NCBI GenBank assembly: GCA_947388675.1
Contig: CANDRW010000002.1
Span: 18,227-82,226, forward strand
Length of the DNA stretch: 64,000 nucleotides
Direction of reading: 5' to 3'
DNA from: an uncultured Clostridium sp.
Lineage (GTDB): Bacteria > Bacillota > Clostridia > TANB77 > CAG-508
Shown in pieces: positions 28,960 to 38,009 of this stretch. A program made the position numbers and the translations under genes. How positions within the stretch are numbered: position 1 is the first letter of the stretch; the number at the start of each line of letters is the position of its first letter. The notes beneath the pieces are model-generated. The model was not told the origin of the DNA. It saw only the letters and a program-made list of their open reading frames with translations, and made no database searches.

Positions 28960-29986
28960 TTATGTATTTAACCATTCTTTCCATATAAGAATGATATCTT
29001 CTTTACTGTAATCTTTTTGCATAATATTTTCTTTAAGTTTACTGTGTAATGATAAAATGTCATTTACTCTTCTTTCATAATTTTTATTGTCATTTGTCAT
29101 TTCTAAAACAATACCATTTTCTTTATCCCTAATCTGTTTTTCTACTCCCTCGAAGTTTGTAACAATAGATGGAATTCCTAGTATAAGGGCCTCTGTCAAT
29201 ACAAGATTACATGCTTCTCTATCTGTCAATAATGCTACATAATTCATTTGTTTAATATATGGATATACATTCTGCTTATAACCTAAAAAATGCACTTTTG
29301 GATTTTCCTTAAATAAACCATAAATGTCATCATATACTTCTTGCGTAAATGCATTTCCTATTACATACCAGTTATACTGAATATTTTTAGCATCTAAAAT
29401 ATCACATAATTGCTTCATCCTATTAAATCCGCTTCGCTTTTGCAATACGTGAAATACTAACAATATTCAAATTTTCTGGATTTACCTTTAATTCTATTGG
29501 CTCTTCGGACTTTTGCAAAATCTCATTCACATTTAAATAATTATCTAATACAAGGCATTTTATTTCCAATTGAGGATATTTTGTAACAATATCCTTTTTT
29601 ACAGTCTCACTTACACAAATAAATTTTTCTATGTTTTCTCTAAATTCTTCATAAAATTCTAGTTCTGGATAAGTAGCAAATAATAAAATATGCCCCCAAT
29701 AGTAATAATGTTTTGCTTTTACTTTTTGTGTAAATTGATTAAAATTAGGACTTTCACGATACGAACACCAAATACAAGTATCCACTGTAATAGTATCTAC
29801 TTTATTTAAGTTAATCACCTCAGCATATTGAACAATTTCTCCTAAAACTTCATTTGTTGACTCTTCTTTGTCATAAGCAACTATAATATCAAAATCATTA
29901 TATAGTTTCTTTATCAATTTTAATATACTATGTTCTGTTCCTCCTGAAAAAAATAATCTATAATAAAAAAGTATTCTTTTCTTCAC
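28960..29986 (-). CDS. GT4/GT1-type glycosyltransferase; two ORFs joined only by a +1 shift at the in-frame CGG (29431-29429)
   Basis: The N-terminal part starts MKKRILFYYRLFFSGGTEHS. The junction is ...VSISRIAKAK|GFNRMKQL.... The C-terminal part has the E-x7-E-like segment LTEALILGIPSIV. Confidence 0.75.
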
Positions 29987-30001
29987 TCTGCATTACTCCT
30001 T

Positions 30002-30586
30002 TTACCTTTCATTTTCATTTCTATCCTTTTTTATTAGTCTTTGTGTGTATTTGCGTACTTCACAATTTTTTAATGTAAGCTTTTCTAAATGTTGGAAATC
30101 TAAAACTTCTGGTTCTCCATTAAAATAACATTCTATTGGTTGCGAAATCCCCCCATGTGTTACTAATATAACTTGCTCTTCTTTATATTTCTTTGTGATT
30201 TCATCTAAAAATTGATATACTCTTTTAAATAACTCTTGAATTGGTTCTATATGTTCTTTGGTATAGTTTTTTTCATAATCTAACATCATTTGAATGTTCC
30301 AATCTTGTCTACCTGGCTTTCCTTCCATCTCGCCAAAACTTCTTTCTATTAAACGTGGTTCAATAAAAATTGGTGTTCTGGTTACTTTACTAATACATTC
30401 TGCTGTTTCTATAGCCCTTTGTAATGGAGATACTAATATTGCATCTGGTTTCATATTTTTAAATTTTTGAGCAGTTTCTTCTGCCTGTTGAATTCCTACA
30501 TTATTCAGAGGAATATCAGTATGTCCTTGAAAAATATTTTTCACATTGTATTCTGTCTGTCCATGTCTCACTACATATATCTCCAT
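30002..30586 (-). CDS. histidine phosphatase family protein (phosphoglycerate mutase-like)
   Basis: Contains the RHGQTEYN catalytic motif and the second His region VTHGG. Confidence 0.85.
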   Translation of the reverse strand: MEIYVVRHGQTEYNVKNIFQGHTDIPLNNVGIQQAEETAQKFKNMKPDAILVSPLQRAIETAECISKVTRTPIFIEPRLIERSFGEMEGKPGRQDWNIQMMLDYEKNYTKEHIEPIQELFKRVYQFLDEITKKYKEEQVILVTHGGISQPIECYFNGEPEVLDFQHLEKLTLKNCEVRKYTQRLIKKDRNENER

Positions 30587-30701
30587 CTATGTTTCTCCCT
30601 TTCTCGAATTATACCATAGTTAAATATTTATGTCAAACATCAAAACAACCTGTACTCCTTCTCCCAAAAGAAATACAGGCTTAATTTTTTCTTAATATTT
30701 A

Positions 30702-31769
30702 TCATTCTTCTATTTCAGACATCTTTGCATACAGTTCTTCACTTGGACTATACATTCTTTCCTTTTGTAAGTCTGTTAGTGTATCACGGTATGCCTTTGT
30801 TTCCTTTATATCTTTAATAGCATTTGTATATTGCTCTTCCATAATATCATCTATAATAGCATTTAAGTAAGGATTTAAAATAACCACTCTATGTTGCTTT
30901 TTCAAACCAAAATACCATCTAAGTTCCTGCAAAGTTTGTATCATTTCATCTTCTTTTTCTAATTGGTCTGTATCAACTATTTTGCACAATAGATAAGGTG
31001 TAATTCTTGCATAGAAATACCTAAAAAACCCTAATTCATCTGTCTCTTTAAAAATATCATATAACATTTTATAAGAAGCATTTATTCTTGAAAAGTACTC
31101 CCTAGAACAGTTAGTAGAAATAGAAGAGTTATTTTCATTTTGACGATAATTATACACTACATCACTAATATAATATCCTTTTTGTGCATGTGTATAACAA
31201 TAAATAGAAAAGATTGCATCTTCTGCAAGTGCTCCTTCTATAAATCTCAACTGATATCTTTCTATAAATTCTCTACTAAATATCTTGTTCCATACAACAG
31301 AGTTCATAACAAAAATTGATTTCTTATAGTCTTTCATAGATAATTCAAAATTACCATATTGTGTTTGATCAAATAAAGGTTGTTCCCATTTTTCTCCATT
31401 TGCATTTGTATGAATATAATTTCCAACTACATAATCTGCTTGTTTTTGGCTAATTTCATTATATAATACTTCACATGCATTTTTCTCATAAAAATCATCT
31501 GCGTCTATGAACATCACATATTTTCCTGTAGCAATATCTAGTCCTGCATTTCTTGCTTTAGAAACTCCTGCATTTGGTTGGTGTATCACTTTAATTCTTT
31601 CGTCTTTCTTTTGATATTGGTCAAATATTTCACCTGTACTATCTTTTGAGCCATCATCTATCAAAATAATTTCTAAATTAGAATAGGTCTGTGTTAGTAT
31701 GCTTTCTACACATTGACTTAAATGCTTTTCTGCATTATACGCAGGTACTATAATAGAAATCTTATCCAT
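30702..31769 (-). CDS. family 2 glycosyltransferase
   Basis: Contains IIVPAYNAEKHLSQCVESILTQTY, IDDGSKD and FIDADD. Confidence 0.85.
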   Translation of the reverse strand: MDKISIIVPAYNAEKHLSQCVESILTQTYSNLEIILIDDGSKDSTGEIFDQYQKKDERIKVIHQPNAGVSKARNAGLDIATGKYVMFIDADDFYEKNACEVLYNEISQKQADYVVGNYIHTNANGEKWEQPLFDQTQYGNFELSMKDYKKSIFVMNSVVWNKIFSREFIERYQLRFIEGALAEDAIFSIYCYTHAQKGYYISDVVYNYRQNENNSSISTNCSREYFSRINASYKMLYDIFKETDELGFFRYFYARITPYLLCKIVDTDQLEKEDEMIQTLQELRWYFGLKKQHRVVILNPYLNAIIDDIMEEQYTNAIKDIKETKAYRDTLTDLQKERMYSPSEELYAKMSEIEE

Positions 31770-31936
31770 ACTCTCCTCCTAGTATCTTTCTCATTTTTCC
31801 AAGTGCATTATATCACACCTATTTTTTCACTGTCAATTTTAATCACACCATGCTAGCATTTTCTGGTGCTTACTTGTCACTTGTTGTCTATTTATGGTAT
31901 AATAAAGGAGAATTGATTGAAAGGAATGAAAATTCT

Positions 31937-33112
31937 ATGAAAGTAACATTTATTTCAAATTTTTTAACACATCATCAAGTTCCATTTTGTTTAGAAATGC
32001 AAAAGAAATTAGGCTCTGACTTTAAATTTGTTTCTACTATGAAAATATTTCAATGGCGTTTGGATATGGGTTTTAAAGACTTAGACCAAGAATATGATTT
32101 TGTAGTAAGAGCATATGAGAACGAGGAAAGCTACTTAGAAGCTAAAAAGTTAGCATTAGAAAGTGATATTGTTATTATTGGCTCTACTACAGATGACTTA
32201 ATACAAGAAAGGTTAAAACAAGATAAAATTACTTTTCGTTATCGCGCAAGAATTTTCATTTTTCCTGACGGATTTTTCAAAACAATCTTTGACAAAGAGA
32301 AAATGCAGTTGTTTTATAACAGACACATTCGTTATAGAAAGAACAAAAACTTATATTTGTTAACTTGTAATGGATATGGTGCAAACGATTTCAATTTTTT
32401 TGGTTTGTATCCTAATAAAATATATAAATGGGGGTATTTTTTAGAAACTACCCATTATGATATAGAGCAATTATTGCAAAAGAAGGAAGCTAATGAGAAA
32501 ACAGAAATTGTATGGGTTGCTAGATTTATCAATTGGAAGCACCCAGAAGTTGTTTTAAAATTAGCCCAAAATTTAAAAAGACAAGGATACAATTTTCATA
32601 TTAAAATGTTAGGCACTGGAAAACTAGAAAGTAGTATACGTGAAAAAGTGAAAAAGGAAAATTTAGAAGATGTTGTTGAAGTGGTAGGACAAGTTCCTAG
32701 TGACCAAGTTCACTATTATATGGAAGATGCCAATATTTTTATTGGAACAAGTGATAGTAGAGAAGGTTGGGGGGTTGTTGTGAATGAAGCCATGAATGCA
32801 GGTTGTACTGTAATTGCAAATCAAAAAATGGGCTCAGTTCCCTTCTTAATTAAACACAAAGAAAATGGTTTGATGTATTCTTCTTATCAACAATTAGAAA
32901 ATAATGTAAAGCTTGTTATCAATAGTAAGGATTTGAGAAATACGTTATCCCAAAATGCTTATCATACTATTACCAAAGATTGGTCTGCAGAAGTTGCTAC
33001 TAATAATCTCTATGCTTTGTTTGAACACATCTTAGATGGTAAAGATTTTAATATAATTGAAGGACCTGCTAGTAAAGCAAGTAATTATCAAAGGCAAAAG
33101 TACTTATTATAG
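31937..33112 (+). CDS. GT1/GT4-type glycosyltransferase
   Basis: The C-terminal Rossmann region contains SREGWGVVVNEAMNAGCTVIA. The start was taken at MKVTFISNF. The upstream 29 codons in the ORF track look like an extension. Confidence 0.75.
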   Translation: MKVTFISNFLTHHQVPFCLEMQKKLGSDFKFVSTMKIFQWRLDMGFKDLDQEYDFVVRAYENEESYLEAKKLALESDIVIIGSTTDDLIQERLKQDKITFRYRARIFIFPDGFFKTIFDKEKMQLFYNRHIRYRKNKNLYLLTCNGYGANDFNFFGLYPNKIYKWGYFLETTHYDIEQLLQKKEANEKTEIVWVARFINWKHPEVVLKLAQNLKRQGYNFHIKMLGTGKLESSIREKVKKENLEDVVEVVGQVPSDQVHYYMEDANIFIGTSDSREGWGVVVNEAMNAGCTVIANQKMGSVPFLIKHKENGLMYSSYQQLENNVKLVINSKDLRNTLSQNAYHTITKDWSAEVATNNLYALFEHILDGKDFNIIEGPASKASNYQRQKYLL

Positions 33113-33150
33113 TGCTTTTTATTGTATTTAAACCAATTATTTATACTTTT

Positions 33151-33876
33151 TTAAAATAAATTCTCCACCTTATACTCTTTCTCCAACTTCTCATTAAAAT
33201 ACAGATTACTTACTAGATTTAACTCTTGTAGATTTTCCTCAGAAATTTGAAAGGAGAATATTTTTTTAGGATCTGCTAATACAATATATTGCATAGCAGT
33301 TTTTGTAGAATCGGATATTCTAATTGCTCCTTTATCAATTTTGCTACAAGCCTCACATTTAAAACCATTATCCCTTATACTAAAATGCGTCATATTTTCC
33401 CCAATTTTGCAATTTGTACATGCTTTAATTTGTGGAGTAAATCCAAGCAAACATAATAGTCTTAGTTTGAATACAGAAAGAATAAAGTCTAAATCTTTAT
33501 CTGTTTCTGATATCATGTATAAAGTATTTAAAAAGAGTTGTAAAATGCGATATGTATTTTGGTTTTCATCTGTTACATCATTAATAATTTTGGTAACATG
33601 TGCTGCATATTTCAACTTATCTAAATCTGTTCGGATAGGATAAAAAAGTTCAATGGTATCACAAGAATTGATATGGTAACTGCTTGTTCCTTGATACATC
33701 ATGTATTCACCAAAACACAAAAATTGAGTGCCTGCCATTAAGAGGCTTTTTGGTTTCCTAGCCCCTTTTGCAGCACACCCTATCTTCCCATTGGGAGTAA
33801 GTACAGTTAGCATTTTGTCAAAATCATTCATATTACTTTCTGAAAGAATAATTCCTTTTGTTTTAATAATTCCCAT
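33151..33876 (-). CDS. recO: DNA repair protein RecO
   Basis: Has an OB-fold N-terminus and the zinc motif CTNC...CEAC. Gene order era-yqzL-recO is conserved. Confidence 0.9.
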   Translation of the reverse strand: MGIIKTKGIILSESNMNDFDKMLTVLTPNGKIGCAAKGARKPKSLLMAGTQFLCFGEYMMYQGTSSYHINSCDTIELFYPIRTDLDKLKYAAHVTKIINDVTDENQNTYRILQLFLNTLYMISETDKDLDFILSVFKLRLLCLLGFTPQIKACTNCKIGENMTHFSIRDNGFKCEACSKIDKGAIRISDSTKTAMQYIVLADPKKIFSFQISEENLQELNLVSNLYFNEKLEKEYKVENLF

Positions 33877-33893
33877 ATTGTTAGTCCTCTATC

Positions 33894-34052
33894 TTAGCTA
33901 TTTTGTTTTTCCATTCCTTGTGCATTTTCTTGTGGTTTAAATATTCCATTATTTTGCATATTTTCTACTTGCATGAATTCCATAAAGGTATTGATATCTC
34001 CAGTTTGTTTAAATGTATTCCATGCTAAGTCTTTTATCTGTTTTTGTATCAT
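33894..34052 (-). CDS. yqzL: YqzL-family small protein (52 aa)
   Basis: Own translation: MIQKQIKDLAWNTFKQTGDINTFMEFMQVENMQNNGIFKPQENAQGMEKQNS. The W-x-F-x-xTG-I-xY/F core and the position between era and recO match B. subtilis yqzL (recalled from memory). RBS is GAGGAG. It is missing from the ORF track. Confidence 0.7.
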   Translation of the reverse strand: MIQKQIKDLAWNTFKQTGDINTFMEFMQVENMQNNGIFKPQENAQGMEKQNS

Positions 34053-34180
34053 ATGTGCCTCAACTCCTCTTTATTTATGCTTCTGTATTTATGATGATCT
34101 TTTTTTCCATTTTTTATTCGATTTTATGGTTGGAATTTTTTTCAATTTATATTGATTATTTTTTAGATAAATATTACTAA

Positions 34181-35086
34181 TCAATCACTAGCCTTAAATA
34201 ATTTCACAAAACGCTCATCATTAACCCAATCTTCCCTTACTTTTACCCACAATTTCAAATTCACTTGTGTCTCTAACATTTTTTCTAAGTCTGCCCTAGC
34301 ATATGTACCAATTCTTTTAAGCATTGTTCCACCTTTACCAATGATAATTCCTTTATGTGATTCTCTTAGGCAATAAATGGTAGCTTCTATATTAAATATT
34401 GGTTTTTCTTCCCTTGTTCTTCCTTTTTTCATTTTCTCTATTTCAATTAATATACCATGTGGCACTTCATCTTTCAAGAGTTTTAGTGCTTTTTCTCGTA
34501 TTGTTTCTGCTGCTAAATCTCTTAAGGTTTGGTCTGTATACTCCTCTATATCATAATATGCAGGACCTTCTTTTAAGTTCTTCTCAATTTCTTCTAAAAT
34601 GATTTCTACATCAGATGCTTTTAAGGCTGAAATTGGAATGATGGCTTTAAAATGATATTCATCTTTGAAAGCCTCAATCATTTTAAAAATTTGCTCTTTG
34701 CTTACCAAATCAATTTTATTAATTACCAAAATTGTTTTGGCTTTTGCTTCTTTGATTTTATCTAAAATCATTTGGTCGCCTTTGCCGATTCCATCAGAAG
34801 TAGCTTCTACAACAAATAGTACTACATCACTATCAGGAATGCTTCCCCATGCTGTTTCTACCATGGTGTCACCTAATTTTGATTTTGGCTTGTGAATTCC
34901 TGGTGTATCTGTAAAAATGATTTGTGAATGTTCACGATTAACAATCGCCTTAATGGCATTCCTTGTTGTCTGTGGCTTATTGGCTACGCTTGCCACCTTT
35001 TGCCCTACCATGTCATTTAAGATACTGGATTTTCCAACATTAGTTCTTCCTACAATTGCTACAAAGCCTGATTTAAAATTTTCCAT
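34181..35086 (-). CDS. era: GTPase Era
   Basis: Contains G1 GRTNVGKSS, DTPG and NKID motifs plus a C-terminal KH domain. Confidence 0.95.
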   Translation of the reverse strand: MENFKSGFVAIVGRTNVGKSSILNDMVGQKVASVANKPQTTRNAIKAIVNREHSQIIFTDTPGIHKPKSKLGDTMVETAWGSIPDSDVVLFVVEATSDGIGKGDQMILDKIKEAKAKTILVINKIDLVSKEQIFKMIEAFKDEYHFKAIIPISALKASDVEIILEEIEKNLKEGPAYYDIEEYTDQTLRDLAAETIREKALKLLKDEVPHGILIEIEKMKKGRTREEKPIFNIEATIYCLRESHKGIIIGKGGTMLKRIGTYARADLEKMLETQVNLKLWVKVREDWVNDERFVKLFKASD

Positions 35087-35106
35087 ATGAACCTCCTTTC
35101 CTAGTT

Positions 35107-36861
35107 CTAAATCCTATATTTCTCTCTTTTTTCATAATGAGTATGTAATAATTCGTGTGCTAAATGCCCTCCTGGTTCTCCTAAGAACTCCTGATAGATT
35201 TTTTGCAACACTGGGTTTTTATGAGAAAGTCTTATCGTACTTCTTTCGTCAATGCTATACATGGCCTCTGAACGCTTTTTAGCCACATTTACTGTTTCCC
35301 TAATTTTACTACTCTTAATAGGCTGACCTCCACCCATAATGCATCCACCAGGACATGCCATAATTTCTACAAATTGATAATCTGCTTTTCCTGCTTTTAT
35401 TTCTTCCATAATCGTTTGAGCATTTCCTAGTCCACTTGCTATAACTGCTTTTACTTTCTTATCTCCTATCTTTATCGTTGCTCTTTTTATTCCTTGTTGT
35501 CCTCTTACTTCCTCAAACTCAATTTTTTCTAATGGCTTTCCAGTAACTATTTCTGATACACTTCTTAAAGCCGCTTCCATAACGCCACCGGTTACTCCAA
35601 AGATAGCTGCTGCACCTGTTGCTTCTCCCATTGGGTCATCGAATTCTTCGTCCTCTAATTCTACAAATTCAATATTGGCTTGTTTAATCATTCTTGCAAG
35701 TTCTCTTGTGGTTAATACTGCATCTACATCATATAACCCATTGTCTTTCATTTCTTCTCTTTGTCTTTCAAATTTTTTCGCAATGCAAGGCATGACTGAA
35801 ACAACAAAGATTTTTTCTGGATTGATTTTTTGTTTGCTTGCATAATATGTCTTCAAAAGTGCTCCAAACATTTCATGTGGTGACTTACAACTAGATAGAT
35901 GTGGTAAATTTTCTGGATAGTTCATTTCAATATATCTTACCCAACCTGGGCTACAAGAGGTTATCATTGGAAGATGGTCATTTTCCTGCAAACGCTTGAT
36001 AAATTCAGTTCCTTCTTCCATAATGGTAAAATCTGCACCAGTATTGGTATCAAATACTTTATCAAAGCCTAATCTTTGAAGAGCTGCTACCATTTTACCA
36101 GTCACATTGGTACCAATTGGCATACCAAATTCTTCTCCTAAGGCAACTCTTACTGCTGGTGCCGTTTGTACTATGACATACGTTTCTGAATCTCTTAGTT
36201 TTTCCCATACTAATTCTGTAGAATCTTTTTCATGTAGTGCTCCTGTTGGACATGCTTGAATGCATTGACCACAAAAAGTACAATTGACATCATTTAAGCT
36301 ATGGTCACCTACTGTTGAAATACAAGAGGTAAATCCTCTATTTACGGCATCTATAGCACCTACTTTTTGAACTTTTTTACAAGCTGATACACATCTTCTA
36401 CATAAAATACATTTATTGAAATCACGTACAATAGATGGTGAACTGTCATCTATTTTGTGTTCATTCTTAGCCCCTTCATAACGTACACTTTGTACATTGA
36501 ATTTTACTGCTAGGGCTTGTAATTCACAATTTCCATTTCGTGTGCAAGTTAGACAATCACGATGGTGATTAGATAAAATCAAATCTAATATCATTTTTCT
36601 TGCTTCAATTACTGCTGGCGAGTGCGTATGTACTACCATTCCTTCTTCTACTTGCTGAATACAAGAAGTAGCAAAACCTTTTCTTCCTTCTACTTCTGTG
36701 ATACACATTCTGCAATCACCAATTGCATTGATTTCTTTTAAATAGCAAAGTGTAGGAATGTCAATATTGGCTTGTCTTGCAGCTTGTAAGATGGTGGTTC
36801 CTTTTGGAACTTCTACTTCTTTATTATCAATGGTTAAGTGCACTTTTGGTAATTCTGCCAT
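35107..36861 (-). CDS. hydA: [FeFe]-hydrogenase catalytic subunit (group A3, HydA/HndD-like)
   Basis: Has an N-terminal 2Fe-2S domain and 4Fe-4S ferredoxin domains. H-cluster motifs are TSCSPGW (variant of TSCCPxW), MPCIAKKFE and EIMACPGGCIMGGGQP. Confidence 0.9.
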   Translation of the reverse strand: MAELPKVHLTIDNKEVEVPKGTTILQAARQANIDIPTLCYLKEINAIGDCRMCITEVEGRKGFATSCIQQVEEGMVVHTHSPAVIEARKMILDLILSNHHRDCLTCTRNGNCELQALAVKFNVQSVRYEGAKNEHKIDDSSPSIVRDFNKCILCRRCVSACKKVQKVGAIDAVNRGFTSCISTVGDHSLNDVNCTFCGQCIQACPTGALHEKDSTELVWEKLRDSETYVIVQTAPAVRVALGEEFGMPIGTNVTGKMVAALQRLGFDKVFDTNTGADFTIMEEGTEFIKRLQENDHLPMITSCSPGWVRYIEMNYPENLPHLSSCKSPHEMFGALLKTYYASKQKINPEKIFVVSVMPCIAKKFERQREEMKDNGLYDVDAVLTTRELARMIKQANIEFVELEDEEFDDPMGEATGAAAIFGVTGGVMEAALRSVSEIVTGKPLEKIEFEEVRGQQGIKRATIKIGDKKVKAVIASGLGNAQTIMEEIKAGKADYQFVEIMACPGGCIMGGGQPIKSSKIRETVNVAKKRSEAMYSIDERSTIRLSHKNPVLQKIYQEFLGEPGGHLAHELLHTHYEKREKYRI

Positions 36862-36891
36862 TCTACCTCTTCCTTTCCAAATTAATTTTCT

Positions 36892-37470
36892 TTATACATT
36901 TTTATTACGTATATATTCTTTGCCTGCTTGCTTAAATTCTTCTTTCAAAATATCCATTTGAATCGTATCATAATATTTTCCATTTACAAAAGTGGCTTGT
37001 CTTCTTCTTCCCATTTCTTTGAAACCACATTTTTTGTAACATGCAATTGCCCTTTCATTAAAAGCAAATACATCTAATTGGATAGAATTTAAATTTAGGT
37101 AATTAAAACCATAATCCAAAATCATATTAATTGCTTCTGTACCATATCCACCGTTTCGATAAGCTTCTTCTCCAATAAATACTCCCAATGTAGCATGTCT
37201 ATTGATATAATTTATTCTTTCTAATCCAACTGTTCCTATCATTTCATCTTTATCTAAAGTCACAATTACAAATTGCCTTTTTTCTTCACTTTCTGTTTGT
37301 TCTAAGTATTGTTTTTCTCCTTCTAATGTTGTAATCATTCCGCTTCTTCCTGTATAGTCTGTCACTTGAAAATCATTTAGCCATTTGGTAAATATCTCTA
37401 CATCTTGACTATTTCTTGGTGATAAATATATTCTATCTCCTATTAACTTTTTAAAATATTTCATATTCAA
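36892..37470 (-). CDS. GNAT-family N-acetyltransferase (RimJ/RimL-like)
   Basis: Contains the acetyl-CoA-binding region RNGGYGTEAINMILDYGF. Confidence 0.8.
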   Translation of the reverse strand: MNMKYFKKLIGDRIYLSPRNSQDVEIFTKWLNDFQVTDYTGRSGMITTLEGEKQYLEQTESEEKRQFVIVTLDKDEMIGTVGLERINYINRHATLGVFIGEEAYRNGGYGTEAINMILDYGFNYLNLNSIQLDVFAFNERAIACYKKCGFKEMGRRRQATFVNGKYYDTIQMDILKEEFKQAGKEYIRNKNV

Positions 37471-37492
37471 ACTCCTTTCAAAGCCTACACTA

Positions 37493-37975
37493 TTACCTCT
37501 CCTCTTGCTCAGACTTTCTTTCTCTCTTTGCTTTTGCTCTATAATATCTTTTTTCTATCTCTTCTAACCCTTTTTGCCTTTTTTCTTCTGAACTAGCTTC
37601 GCCTTCAAATATGCTTTTCGTTTTTTCTAATGCTGATAAAACAACTTCTTTTCCTATCCTAGAAATTGCATAATCATCTGCATCACATTCAGCATCTATT
37701 CCAGATAATCTAGCTTGATTTGGACTTATCATATGACCTACTTCGTGATATAAAATTGCTTTTGCTTCTTCATTTGTTATGCCATATTGGCTTAACAACT
37801 CTTGATTAACAATTGCTATACTATGATTTTGTACTTTTGCAACTTTTGGCAAAGTTTTAAACTGCGTACTAAATAAATATAGAAAATCAAATCTCCCAAC
37901 ATAAGTACATCTTACCTTTTCTCCATTCATATTCAAAAAAATCTCATCACCTGTTTTTATATTTTCAAATTTCAT
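37493..37975 (-). CDS. hypothetical HExxH zinc-metallopeptidase-like protein
   Basis: Contains the motif ILYHEVGHMI. The start was set at MKFENIK (37975), preceded by AAGGAG. Confidence 0.55.
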   Translation of the reverse strand: MKFENIKTGDEIFLNMNGEKVRCTYVGRFDFLYLFSTQFKTLPKVAKVQNHSIAIVNQELLSQYGITNEEAKAILYHEVGHMISPNQARLSGIDAECDADDYAISRIGKEVVLSALEKTKSIFEGEASSEEKRQKGLEEIEKRYYRAKAKRERKSEQEER

Positions 37976-38009
37976 ATTACTCCTTCGTTTCCTCACTCAT
38001 AAACTTATT

